The notes: generated by a model from the letters alone, not told the origin. Shown: positions 28,255 to 39,851, counted from the first letter of the stretch. The stretch: 64,000 nt of DNA from Strigamia acuminata (GCA_949358305.1 OX442314.1:12648001-12712000), one strand, 5' to 3'. Made by a program: numbers and translations.

Positions 28255-30125
28255 CCAATCTTCTTTAAGAATAGTGCAATACAGTTCTCCATTCATTATT
28301 CCATCAATATAAACAAGATTTCCTGTTCCATTAGCAGTTATACATCCCCAAACCATTAAGAAACCACCTCCATGTTTTACTGTTGAGATCATCTGGTGCA
28401 ATTATAGTGCTGATTTTTGTTTTTTCCAGCACCATTCGTGCCCATCACTTCCTAAATGGTTAATCTTTGTTTCATCTGAGAAAATAACCCTTCTCCAATT
28501 GTATATTGTCCAGTCTTTCTACTTTTTGGCAAATTCCATTCTGTGGCGTTTATGTCGAGCTGTTAATAAGAGCTTTTTAACCTTGACTGATGATTTCAAT
28601 CCATTTCTCTTTTGCACATTTTGTACAGTTTGAGCACTGACAACAGTGTTCTGATGTTTAGCAAGATCAATTTGCACGTCTACAGCTGTATCTAGGCAAA
28701 CTGATGTAACTGCCTTAACAATGTTTCGCTCTTGTGTGGCTGTTAGAATTTTTGGGCACCTGCTTTTGGTTTTTTTGCATCTAAAACATATGTTTTGCGA
28801 ATTTTAGACACACTTCCAATGCTAACTCCGACTTCTGCAGCAATTTTTCGAACAGAAATCCCTTTTTCAACTAATGCTAGAACATTTTGTCTTTTTTCCA
28901 ATGAGAGAGGGCACATGATGATTTCTAATGTTTAAAAGAAACCTATGATACATAATGTTGTTGTATAACCCCAATTTCAAATATACTTGCACAATAACAG
29001 TAGCTGCATTCAAAAATTAAAATATTTGTGTTTTAACAATTTTAGTTTAAGTGTATTTTAAGTTTAAATTTTGAGTGTGAGAATTTTAACTCTATTTTAT
29101 ACAATTGACAACATGTGATAACTTTTACATGACATCATTGATCATCTGATATGTAATCAATTCCAAAATGTAGCATGTTATACTCACATAGTGATGAGAC
29201 AGAAGTATGCATTGATGGAATATTATTATTTTTAGTGGGATTTAAAATTTTTATGCCTTGCTAGTAGAAGGGAGGAATAAATTTTAAAAGAGTATAACCA
29301 ACTGGCACCAGAGGTCATTGACAGCATGGACATGACATGGAAAAAGAAAGAAGAAATTAATTAATAAAACATGTAGGTAATATTTATTATTAATCTTAGT
29401 TATAAAAATACCAAACTGTATGGTTTGAATAAGAATGGTGAAAAATTAAAGAAACAACTTGAAAATATGTTTACATGTGACTTATCTATTTTAACTAAAA
29501 TTCTTCAAAAATTAAAACTCAAAATTTATGAATTTTAGTTTCATGTGTGTGCAGCACAAAAATTTAAAATAAAACAGGAAGTGATGTCTTATGTTGTGAA
29601 GTGATGTCATAAGTTCTGAAGTGATGTCAAGTAAATACAGATAAAATTTTTATTTTTGAGTGCTTGAATTTTAATTAAATTTTACTTCTATTTTTACAAA
29701 ACTTTCTATACAAATGCAATGCATAGCTTCACTTAAAATTTAAGTAAAATTGAGTTTATTGAAATTGTATTTTAGTTTGTATTTTTACCAATTTTAGTTT
29801 TATAGACAGGAAATGATGTCATTTTTGTTTTAAAATTGAACTAACACACAAAATGTTTTAATATTTGAATGCAGCTACTGATTCCAACAGCAAAAATCAA
29901 TCACGTTGGAGCAGCAAAAAAATTGTTCACATGAAAGAACGATGCTTTTTCTGTCATAACTTTTTTGTTTTATAAAATTTTTAAAAATTATTTACTTTTT
30001 CTGAAAGCTCATGAGCTATTTGTGTTAAACTTTAAAATATTTTCTTTCTGAGAAATCATTATAAATCTTTTTTTTACCAAATTAAGATACTACTACAAAC
30101 ATGTGAACAATTTTTTGAGTCACTG
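28255..30125 (-). mobile_element. Degenerate Tc1-like element (5' end plus N-terminal transposase)
   Basis: TA-CAGTG terminus at 30125. From ATG 28916: MCPLSLEKRQNVLALVEKGISVRKIAAEVGVS (HTH-like), WRRVIFSDETKI, TVKHGGGFLMVWGC. Disrupted and truncated. Confidence 0.85.
28998..29880. repeat. Inverted-repeat-bounded segment (possible nested MITE)
   Basis: CAGTAGCTGCATTCAAA at 28998 and TTTGAATGCAGCTACTG ending at 29880. No clear target duplication. Confidence 0.55.
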
Positions 30126-30372
30126 TATATTATCAAATGACTACCGTATAATATTTTTTTTTAAATTAAATATATTTATATTGTCTGCTAGTTGAATTAA
30201 CTTTTTCACTCTAACCTAAACCATTTTTATGCCTTCATCATCTAAATAACCCAAAAGTATAACTGAATAATTTATCCCCAATCCCAACCCACCAATTGCT
30301 TGGAGATTACAGGAAACTTTCAAACCTCCATTCAAATTTCAGATTGTCATATCATATTACAATACTAATTAC

Positions 30373-30436
30373 AACGTTTGGTAAACGTTATGTCACTAGC
30401 GTCAACACCACGTTTATGGGGTCTATGTATATAAGG
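30373..30436 (+). promoter_or_regulatory. Conserved LRR-family promoter module (dyad plus TATA-like box)
   Basis: AACGTTTGGTAAACGTT followed by TATATAAG. The dyad recurs upstream of most paralogs. Confidence 0.6.
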
Positions 30437-30482
30437 AATGATTCATTGAAGTATACAATTACTAATCATCTAATACGCCAAC

Positions 30483-30767
30483 ATGCCTAACAGAAAATCA
30501 GCAATGAATTTGGAAGAATCGTGTTTGAAAACCATCTTTGCCAATTACGACACAATACGCCATGATCTTATTCATTTTAAAGCACTAAACGAAAAACATT
30601 TGCAAATGTTATTGGTCAATTCCATTAATTTACAAAACCTATTCGTGTCTGGTTGTCAATCTTTTTCCGACAGCTTGATCACAAAGCTCATCGAAATGAA
30701 TTTATTGCAAAATCTAAAGATGTTTTGCATTGCCGAGTGTCACGGGATTAGTTTAGAAACAGTTTAA
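30483..30767 (+). pseudogene. Internally deleted LRR paralog, 94-aa ORF
   Basis: MPNRKSAMNLEESCLKTI...LIHF is joined in frame to the distal segment EKHLQMLLVNSINLQ... Confidence 0.8.
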
Positions 30768-30890
30768 TTACTGTAACGTTTAATGAACGTTATCAATGGC
30801 CACGACGTCGTACGTTTATACGTTCTATTCACATGGTTCACTGAACTAAAATCATTCCATTCAGAACTGATGGTCATCTAATATCACGAC

Positions 30891-31128
30891 ATGCCTCATA
30901 AGAAATCAGCTTCAAGTTTAGAAGAATCGTGTTTGAAAACAATTACAGCACATTACGAAGAGATTCGCCCCGGTCTTATTTCTTTTCCTAATACATTGAT
31001 TAATACGATATATCAAAACTTTGTTGATGAAGGTTAGCATTCCGAAGATCATCATCGTTTGCATTCGGATGATTTTATTCGGTCTGGTACGAGATCGTTA
31101 CGCGCTTTGTATATGTTTTGCGATCTGC
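30891..31128 (+). pseudogene. 5' fragment of an LRR paralog
   Basis: MPHKKSASSLEESCLKTITAHY...FPNTLINTIY...EG* (TAG 31035-31037), then HSDDFIRSGTRSL, cut off by the next copy's promoter. Confidence 0.8.
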
Positions 31129-31248
31129 ATTACAAACAGCAACGTTTGGTTAACGTTACGTCACACACGTCAACGGCACGTGTATGTGTTCTATTCATAT
31201 AAGAGATGGTTCGCTGAAGTACCATTACTAATCATCTAGTATCGCGAC

Positions 31249-32706
31249 ATGCCTAACAGGAAATCTGCATTGAGTTTGGAGGAATCGTGTTTGGAAAAAA
31301 TCTCTGCAAATTACAACGAGATACGCCATGTTCTTATTAATTTTCCTTTCGTGTTGGTTAACAACATATACAGACACATTGTTTATAAAGATCGGTACAA
31401 ACATAAAAGCAATAAGTCCAGTTTGCATTCGGATGATTTTATTCGTCCTGAAACGAGATCTTTACACAGTTTGAATCGATTTTGCGATCTCTCTACCCAC
31501 GAACTTGTAGATAAAATATTACACGTTTGTAGAGACTTGACAGAGCTAGATTTGTCGCACCAAGAAGTTCCATCGGAACTTGTAACAGCATTGACGATCC
31601 ATTTCCCCAACATTCGACGTCTCAACCTGGAAGGAAACACTGCGATCGCAGATTCGATTTTACCAAAGATGATTATGACAAACACGAAACTCGATTACTT
31701 GAACACGCGCTATACAAAAGTTACATCAAACGGAGCTTTACTACTCGTAAGAAATCTGCCTCTCTTAAAGGAATTAGATTGTGGTGACCAGATATGGGGC
31801 GACTTATTTAAATTGCTAAAACTAGACTTTATTTGCAGCGGAATGCGGAAAACACATTCCCTAGAACACCTAACACTCCGCGAATGGACGGACGATGATC
31901 TTGGCACTGTCATACAAATGCTTCCGCATTTACGAAACATTGGCTTCAAGCCATTTGCTTACAAAAATTGTTTTAACTCTATAATTGCATCAATATTGAG
32001 CAAAACCATGGGAAGACTTACCAAGTTAGCACTAGTTAGTGTTGGGCCGGTCGATATTCGACAAATTGGCTTTTTCTGCCCAATGTTAGAGAGTTTAGAA
32101 TTGACTACTTGTTCCATCAGCGCTGAAACAACTAATTGTGACAATTTAGGTCACGTGAACAGTCATCAGCCATTCAGAAAGCTACGTACACTAAAAATTC
32201 GTGAACAACAGATGGATCAACTAGTTTTAATAAGCGAACAACTTTTGCAAATGTTATTTGTAAATTGCGTTAATTTAGAGAGCCTGTTCGTTTGGGGTTG
32301 TCAATCTTTTTCCGACAACTTGATCACGGAGTTTATCAAATTGAATTTACTTCAAAATCTCCAGAAAGTGTACATCAAGAATTGTCATTGGATTAGTTCT
32401 GCAACAGTTCTAAGATTGCTAGCAATGAAGAATCCAATGAATCATTTACATATTTATGACTGTCAAAAAATTGACAAACTAGCTTGTGATGTGATTACGA
32501 GTTACGTGAAAAGTCAGAAGTTGGATCTTGATCTTGATCTGAATCAAGCTATAGATTTTGATCTTGATTTTTTTCATCTCAATCTTGACCTGAGCGAAGA
32601 TGATCTGGATGAAGATGATCTACTAGTAGATGAAGATGATCTGAGCGAAGATGATCAGAATGGAGATGTTCTTCACCTCAATCTTGATCTGAGTGAAGAT
32701 GAATAA
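31249..32706 (+). CDS. BC-box/Cul2-box-like LRR protein, 485 aa, with acidic tail
   Basis: Intact ORF with SLEESCLEKI...FPFVLVNNI and a repetitive D/E/L C-terminal extension. Confidence 0.9.
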   Translation: MPNRKSALSLEESCLEKISANYNEIRHVLINFPFVLVNNIYRHIVYKDRYKHKSNKSSLHSDDFIRPETRSLHSLNRFCDLSTHELVDKILHVCRDLTELDLSHQEVPSELVTALTIHFPNIRRLNLEGNTAIADSILPKMIMTNTKLDYLNTRYTKVTSNGALLLVRNLPLLKELDCGDQIWGDLFKLLKLDFICSGMRKTHSLEHLTLREWTDDDLGTVIQMLPHLRNIGFKPFAYKNCFNSIIASILSKTMGRLTKLALVSVGPVDIRQIGFFCPMLESLELTTCSISAETTNCDNLGHVNSHQPFRKLRTLKIREQQMDQLVLISEQLLQMLFVNCVNLESLFVWGCQSFSDNLITEFIKLNLLQNLQKVYIKNCHWISSATVLRLLAMKNPMNHLHIYDCQKIDKLACDVITSYVKSQKLDLDLDLNQAIDFDLDFFHLNLDLSEDDLDEDDLLVDEDDLSEDDQNGDVLHLNLDLSEDE

Positions 32707-33427
32707 AATCAAGATAATCAGGATAATCAAGAATAAGGATGATAAAGAATCAAGATCTTTAGCAGTTTTTTTTATCTGTATCCAACTCAAGATTTGGTTC
32801 TGAATTAAATATTATAAATAAGTTATTGTCAATTATATTACCTAACATTATAAAATTAAAAATTTATTGCCAAGCCCAATCAGCAATTTCTGTTCAAATC
32901 TTGTCATTGCGTAGACTCTGTACGTTTAAGCAAAGATTCACTAAACTGTAATAATTCCACTGACCATCTGGTATCACAACACGGCTAAAGAAACATTTGA
33001 ACGCAGGGCCCTGGGACCAGTAGAAAAGATTTTTTTAGATCAAGCGGTGTCTAGCTAAAATTCCTCAATTATGTTTGGAGTGAGCTCAATCTTAAATACT
33101 AGCGGGCTCACTGAGCTCATTGCAAGCACACAACTGCTGAATAGTTTTGGAGTAAAATAATAGCATCTCGTTTGTAAATTGGAAAGACAACAGCAACAAC
33201 CAGGAAGTATTTGTTCACCTATACGTAAGAATTTCTTTCTATCTGATCAGCAAATGAGTACATTTTACCTTGAATTAAGCAGAAGTGGCACTAAGCCTGT
33301 AGTTTTAGCACACTTGGCAGTTGGCACCATATTCAGTCATATGTGCCTAAAACATTTAAAAAATAAATGAAGTACATTTAACGGTATATTGAAATAGTTT
33401 AGTCATTACAATCTATGTGAACTCTTT

Positions 33428-33608
33428 AATCTAAGTCTTCTTCAAGGTTTGCGCCTTCTATAAGGAACAACATCAAGATCGAGATCGAGATCCAAATTAT
33501 GACTTTGAACATAATTTGTAATAATATCACAAGCTGGTTTGTCGATATTTTGACAATCGGTAATGCTCAATTCCTTCATTGGATTTTTCATTGCTAACAA
33601 TTTTAAAC
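33428..33608 (-). pseudogene. C-terminal fragment nearly identical to the 4990 copy
   Basis: Matches 4990-5170 almost base for base (CTAAGTCTTCTTCAAGGTTTGCGCCTTCTA...). Confidence 0.85.
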
Positions 33609-33958
33609 AGAAGATTTTTCAGCAGAAGTGGCACAAAACCTGTAGTTTTAGCACACTTGGCACCACTTACAGTCAAAAGTGCCTAAAACCTTTAAAAAAA
33701 ATAAATGAAGTACATTTATATCGAACGATACCCTCTACAATCAAATTTTAAATTAGTTACATTGCATACTGTAACCTAGAATGATTCAGAAAAATGGCGG
33801 ATAGCAAGTCCGACAGTTAATCGTTTGTAGTTAAACGAATGGTGAAAGTTCATCCAATTGTCATTGGCGCCAACAGTGCTTGAATATATGTTGATAAAAT
33901 GAGATGGTTCATCAAATTGTAACCATCCCACCGAGAATCGACCATCTAATATCACGAC

Positions 33959-34170
33959 ATGCTTCGTAAGAAGTCAGATTCGAATTTTGAAGAAATGTTT
34001 TTGAGAACAATCTTTGAATATTATGCCGAGCTACGTTTTCCGGCCACGTTGGTTGAGAAACTATATTTCGCCATTTTGTTGAAGTTAAAAAACTTAGAAT
34101 CGGGGAATATGCCACAATATGTTCAACGAATGAGTTTTATTTACATTCGGACGTTTTATTCGGACGTTCG
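33959..34170 (+). pseudogene. Diverged 5' fragment of an LRR paralog
   Basis: Family leader GACCATCTAATATCACGAC-ATG, then MLRKKSDSNFEEMFLRTIFEYYAELRFPATLVEKLY. Confidence 0.7.
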
Positions 34171-34258
34171 GACATTATTATTATTAAATTAAAATTTATT
34201 CGAAAAATAAATGAAATATATTTTTAATTAAATTACTTTTTTGCTCTAACCCGAACTA

Positions 34259-34719
34259 CCATACTTTCTCGAGTAAGAGCCGCGGCTCTTATTACAATTT
34301 TTTACCTTATTTTGATTGAAATTTCAATTTTTTCATTAAAATTTCAATTTTTTCATTGAAATTTCAATTTTTTTATTGAAATTTCAATTTTTTTATTGAA
34401 ATTTCAATTTTTTCATTGAAATTTCAATTCTTTTATTGAAATTTCACTTTTTTTCCATTAAAATTTCACTTTTTTCCATTGAAATTTTACTTTTTTCCAT
34501 TAAAATTTCAATTTTTTTTATTGAAGTTTCACCTTATTTTTAAATTTTCAATCTAAATAACTATCATCATCGACAAATTTTTCATTAAACGTTTCCTGTT
34601 TGGTTACTTCAGCTGTCGAATAGTAGCCGCGGTTCTTATTTCAAACCACCTCTCTGAGGCGCGGCTACTATTCGAGGGCGACTACAAAACGAGGGCGACT
34701 CTTAATTGAGAAAATACGG
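34259..34719. mobile_element. Tc1/pogo-like MITE with an internal ~20-bp tandem array
   Basis: Imperfect inverted ends TA-CCATACTTTCTC.../...GAGAAAATACGG-TA. ATTGAAATTTCAATTTTTTT array at 34315-34530. Confidence 0.7.
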
Positions 34720-35233
34720 TATTTGTATTTTTAGGTCTTCATTTAAAAGTAACTAAATAATTTAATTCCAACCAACAACAAATTATCTTCAAAGTCAGAA
34801 ATTGGATCTTGTTCTTGAACGAGACGTGATCTTATCACAATTCAATGACTAAAAATTTCAAAAAATAAAATTGATGTGCATCGTTCATTAAATTACTTTT
34901 TCTTATCTATTTATTCTCTATATTATCTCAATACATCCGAGTCATTCAAACCTAATCAACTACCGATTTCCCCAGTTTGACTCCTTTTTACAGCTAAATT
35001 ACACCATTGAGATGTAAATATTACACCTTACACGTGTCACGATACACCTTTGCGTGTAAACTTACTCATAAAGGCGTAAATTTGAAAGAAGGTAATTTTT
35101 TTTGTCCACAACTGTACTATAACGTTTGACAAACGTTTATCAATTTTCACGTCTACTGGTTCTATGTATATAAGCGATGGTTCAGTTTCAATTTTACTAA
35201 ACTGTAGCTGTTCTACTGACCTAATATCACGTC

Positions 35234-36547
35234 ATGCCTAATAAGAAGTTACCATCGAGTTTGGAAGAATTGTGTTTGAAATCAATCTTTGCACATTACC
35301 ACGAGATACGTCATCATCTTATTCATTTTCCTATCGTATTGGTTAATAAGATATATCAACACTTTGTTGAATCTCAGGTACAAAGATTCGGAATGTTTGC
35401 TATACTTCATAAAAGAAAACAGTTTCGTTTGCATTCGGATGATTTTATTCGTCCAGGCACAAGATCGTTATGCTGTTTGGACCGGTTTTACGATCTGCCT
35501 ACGAACAAACTAGTAGATAAAATAACCCGCGTTTGTAAAAACCTGGCTGATCTAGACTTATCAGGCTACCCGATTCCACCCGAATTTGTAATTACATTAG
35601 TACAACATTTACCCAGCATTCGACGTCTTAACTTGGAAAGAGTCAATGGCATCACGGATTTGATTTTAGCCAAGATGCTTACGAGAAACGTGGAATTTGA
35701 ATATTTAAACATTCGCGCTACCAAAGTTACAGTAAATGGATGTTTACGACTCGTAAAAAATCTGCCACTTCTAAAAGAATTAAATGTTGATCACCGGATG
35801 TGGAGAGAATTATTTCAACTCCTAAAACAAGATTTTTATGGCAGCAAAATGTTAAATACATATTCTCTCGAAAGTGTAGGTTTAGATGAATGGACAGATG
35901 ACGATCTCAGCGTAGTCCCTCAAATGTTTCCTAATTTACGTAAAATTGATATTGCGATAACTCAACCCGGGAACCATTTCGATGTTATAGTTGCATCGAT
36001 ACTATGCAAAACAATGGGAAAAATAACTACGCTAAGATTGTACAATATTAGTCAAGTCAATATTTGGCAAATTGGCTTTTACTGCCCAATGTTGGAAAGT
36101 TTACAATTGACTAATTGTTCCATCAGCGCTGATACAACTAATTGTGACAACAATCATCAGCCATTCAGAAATCTACGTAGACTACAAATTCTTGAACGAC
36201 AGATGAATCGACCAGATGTACTAACCATAACCAAACATATTTTGCAAATGTTGTTGGTAAATTCCATCAATTTAAAGAGCCTACGTGTTAGTCGATGTCA
36301 ACCTTTTTCGGATAGCTTCATTACAGAGCTCATCGAATTAAATTTACTGCAAAATCTCAGTGAGCTTTTCATAACCGAGTGTCACTCGATTAGTTCTCAA
36401 ACAGTTTTAAAATTGCTTGTTATGAAAAATCCCCTAAATGTTTTCTATATTATTCATTGCCGTAATATCGACAAACCAGCTTGTGACATCATTAATAATT
36501 ATGTTCAAAATCAGAATTTGGATCTTGATATTATTTTGGAAGTGTGA
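35234..36547 (+). CDS. BC-box/Cul2-box-like LRR protein, 437 aa
   Basis: Intact ORF with SLEELCLKSI...FPIVLVNKI, TATA upstream and AATAAA just downstream. Confidence 0.9.
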   Translation: MPNKKLPSSLEELCLKSIFAHYHEIRHHLIHFPIVLVNKIYQHFVESQVQRFGMFAILHKRKQFRLHSDDFIRPGTRSLCCLDRFYDLPTNKLVDKITRVCKNLADLDLSGYPIPPEFVITLVQHLPSIRRLNLERVNGITDLILAKMLTRNVEFEYLNIRATKVTVNGCLRLVKNLPLLKELNVDHRMWRELFQLLKQDFYGSKMLNTYSLESVGLDEWTDDDLSVVPQMFPNLRKIDIAITQPGNHFDVIVASILCKTMGKITTLRLYNISQVNIWQIGFYCPMLESLQLTNCSISADTTNCDNNHQPFRNLRRLQILERQMNRPDVLTITKHILQMLLVNSINLKSLRVSRCQPFSDSFITELIELNLLQNLSELFITECHSISSQTVLKLLVMKNPLNVFYIIHCRNIDKPACDIINNYVQNQNLDLDIILEV

Positions 36548-37249
36548 ATTACCGGTATATCCAAAAGAATAAATAAAGTAAATTTATCTCGTTTAGATCA
36601 ATTAAGCAAACTTTAAGAATTTATTTCATTTTTCACAAGTTTTACTAATTCTGCATTGTTTTATCACATCTTCTTTCAAACAATTGAACTACAATTGCTA
36701 AAAAATAATCAGATATTTTTGAAACTTGTACATAACATAACATATTTACAGTAAAGTTTCCTTTGCACGGTCCTAAGCTAACCGATTATCAATTTCTGTC
36801 CATGTATCTATGGTCTCAATGGTGGCCATTTATATCCCTTACTTTTGGTATGATACACAATATCTTTCGTATATCCCAAGTCCCCACAAGAAGAAGTCCA
36901 GGGGTTTTATGGCTGTAGAACGAGCAAGCCAGATTCTTATGAAAAACTTTGTGAATTATTGTTTCTTACGAAGCAGCCATTTTTGTACACTTTTCCTTTT
37001 AAAATTATTTCTATGTCTTAATTGATCTCCAAATAAGAAACTTAACAAGAATAAACACTTTAATAGCTTATTAATAGGCAAAAAAAAATTATTTTGTTCC
37101 ACCTAATGTTAACTTGTAAAAAAAATGTAAAATTGTCTAAAGGCTTTGTGAACAGTAAAAAAAAATGATTTTTGGATGTCAAAAAGACAACCCAGTTGCG
37201 GAAAAGAGTAATTAGACTTGTCATTTAAATTTAGCTTAAGCTAAAGAAC

Positions 37250-38103
37250 TAAGCTATTGTCAGAATAAGTAGTTTCAACAAAGATTGAACAAACGCTCAA
37301 TTCTAAACTGTTTAACATTGAACAGAACGTGCTAATTTGCCGAATATTGACTGCACTAATCTTGCTCAGAGTTATATTAGTTAGTCGTTCCTCTGTTTTG
37401 CTAAGTATCGATACAACTATATCACTAAAACAGTTCCTCGGTGAAGTTGCCATCAAGATAATCTTACGCAAATGCGGAAACATTTGTGTAACAATGCCGA
37501 GATCCTTTTCTGCCAAATTACGCAGTCTAAGACTTTCGAGAGAATACGAGTGACGCATTTCGTTGCGAGTAAAGTTTTCTTTTAGGAGTGTAAATAAGTC
37601 CCTCCACTTCCAGGGATCACAATCTAATTCTTTGAGACGAGGCAGATCTTTTACGAGTTGTAAACACCCATTTACTGTAGCTTCGGGAAAACAAATGTTT
37701 AAATATTCCACTTTTACGCTCCTCGTAATCATCTGGGCTAAAATGAAATCCGTGATCTCAGTATTTCCTTCCAGGTCGAGACGTTGAATGTTTGGTAAAG
37801 GTTTCGCCAATGTTAGTACGCTTTCCGATCTTACCTCCTGGCGTGACAAGTCTAGCTCTACTAGATTTTTATAAACGTGAATTATTTTATCCACTAGTTT
37901 GTCCGTCGATAGATCGCAAAACCGATTCAAGCAGCGTAAAGATCTCGTGCCGGGACGAATAAAGTCATCCGAATGCAAACGATGGCAATAATTACCGCTT
38001 TCGTCTGTCTAACCTACCTCAACAATGTGTTGATAGATATAGATATTATTAACTAATACGATTGAAAAATTAATAAGATCGCGGCTTATTTCGTTGTAAT
38101 GTT
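37250..38103 (-). pseudogene. Truncated inverted copy of the 26701 paralog
   Basis: The 245-aa ORF closely matches the 26701 protein (CDPWKWRDLF, ATSPRNCF). It lacks the start, BC-box and C-terminal third. Confidence 0.85.
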
Positions 38104-38516
38104 TGATCTGAGTGAAGATAATTAAAATCAAGACGGTCAAGATGGTCAAAACTAAAGATATAAAGAATCAAGATCTGCCTCCAACTCAAGATTTGGACCT
38201 GAATTAAATAAGTTAATGTCCATACCTTGCCATCGCGTAGGCTCTATACATTTAAGCACAGATTCACTGAACTGTAATCATTCCACTGACAAACTGGTAT
38301 CACAACACGCCCAAGTAACACCTGCACGGAGGGTCCTGGGACCAGTAGAAAGATTTTTTAGATCAAGTGGGATCCAACCAAAATTCGAAAACTTCAATCA
38401 AATTTTTTAAATTTATTACGGTACATTACAACGTTTGCTAAACGTTACCAATTGTCACGTATATAGTTTGCCTTCATTTAAACTATAGTTCACTGAGCTG
38501 TAACCATTCCCACGTC

Positions 38517-39851
38517 ATGCCGTTTAAGAAATCAGCATCGAGTTTAGAAGAATTGTGTTTGAAATCAATCTTAGCACATTACCACGAGATACGCCATGAT
38601 CTTATTCGTTTTCCTATCGTATTGGTTAACAATATATACCAACACTTTGTTGAAAGTACGGTAGAAAGAAGCGGAGCGTGGGGTAAATCTCGTATAGGAA
38701 AAAATTATCGTTTGCATTCGGATGATTTTATTCGTTCAGGCACAAGATCGTTATGCCGTTTGGACTGGTTTTACAATCTGCCTGCGCACAAACTTATAGA
38801 TAAAATAACCCGCGTTTGTAAAAACCTGACAGATCTAGACTTATCAGGTGCGATTCCACTCGAATTTGTAATTACATTGGTACAACATTTACCCCGCATT
38901 CGACGTCTTCACTTGGGTCCAGTCACTGGGATCACAGATTTGATTTTAGCCAAGATGTTTACGAGAAACGTGGAAATTGAATATTTAAACATTTGCGCTA
39001 CCGACGTTACAGTAAATGGATGTTTACAACTCGTAAAAAATCTGCCACTTCTAAAAAAATTAATTGTTAATCACCAGATGTGGAAAGAATTATTTCGACT
39101 CCTAAAACAAGATTTTTATCGCAGCAAAAAGTTAAATACATATTCTCTCGAAAGTTTAAGTTTCGATGATTGGACAGATGACGATGTCATCAGCGTAGTT
39201 CCACAAATGTTTCCTAATTTACGTAAGATTACCTTTTGGTCAATTTTTATCCGCTGGAACTATTTAAATGTTGCATCAATACTATGCAAAACAATGGAAA
39301 GAATAACTACGCTACGATTGCACAAAATTATTCTGATCAATATTCGGCAAATTGGCTTTTACTGCCCAATGTTGGAACGTTTAGAATTGACTAATTGTTC
39401 CATCAGCGCTGAAACAACTAATTATGTCAATTTAGAACACGTCAACAATCATCAGCCATTCAGAAATCTACGTATACTACGAATTAACGAGCTACGGATG
39501 GGTCCTCAACAAGATGTTCTAACCGAACATTTGCAAATGTTTTTCGTAAATTCCGTCAATTTAAAGAGCCTATGTGTTATTAGATGTCAACCTTTTTCGG
39601 ATAGCTTCATTACAGAGCTCATCGAATTAAATTTACTGCAAAATCTCATGGATATTTCCATTTACGAGTGTCACTCGATTAGTTCTGCAATAGTTTTAAG
39701 ATTGCTTGCTGCGAAAAATCCTCTCAATGTTTTCGATATTGTTTATTGCCAAAATATCGGCAAACGAGCTTGTGCCATAATTACACATTATGTTCAAAGT
39801 CAGAATTTGGATGTCAAACTTAATTTGTTAGTGCAGTCACCAGAATTCTAA
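38517..39851 (+). CDS. BC-box/Cul2-box-like LRR protein, 444 aa
   Basis: Intact ORF with SLEELCLKSI...FPIVLVNNI. Confidence 0.9.
   Translation: MPFKKSASSLEELCLKSILAHYHEIRHDLIRFPIVLVNNIYQHFVESTVERSGAWGKSRIGKNYRLHSDDFIRSGTRSLCRLDWFYNLPAHKLIDKITRVCKNLTDLDLSGAIPLEFVITLVQHLPRIRRLHLGPVTGITDLILAKMFTRNVEIEYLNICATDVTVNGCLQLVKNLPLLKKLIVNHQMWKELFRLLKQDFYRSKKLNTYSLESLSFDDWTDDDVISVVPQMFPNLRKITFWSIFIRWNYLNVASILCKTMERITTLRLHKIILINIRQIGFYCPMLERLELTNCSISAETTNYVNLEHVNNHQPFRNLRILRINELRMGPQQDVLTEHLQMFFVNSVNLKSLCVIRCQPFSDSFITELIELNLLQNLMDISIYECHSISSAIVLRLLAAKNPLNVFDIVYCQNIGKRACAIITHYVQSQNLDVKLNLLVQSPEF

Noticed and set aside
35234..35370. Calling the N-terminal motif an F-box
   Set aside because: F-boxes begin LxxLPxE and continue VC(K/R)xW. 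Here SLxxxCxxxI precedes the FP helix and no VCKxW follows, which fits a BC/Cul2-box better. Not proven without profile searches.
5399..37787. Recurrent antisense ORFs inside the LRR genes (e.g. ...SCKHPLTVTFV...)
   Set aside because: They are shadows of the conserved sense frame, with inconsistent lengths and ends between paralogs.
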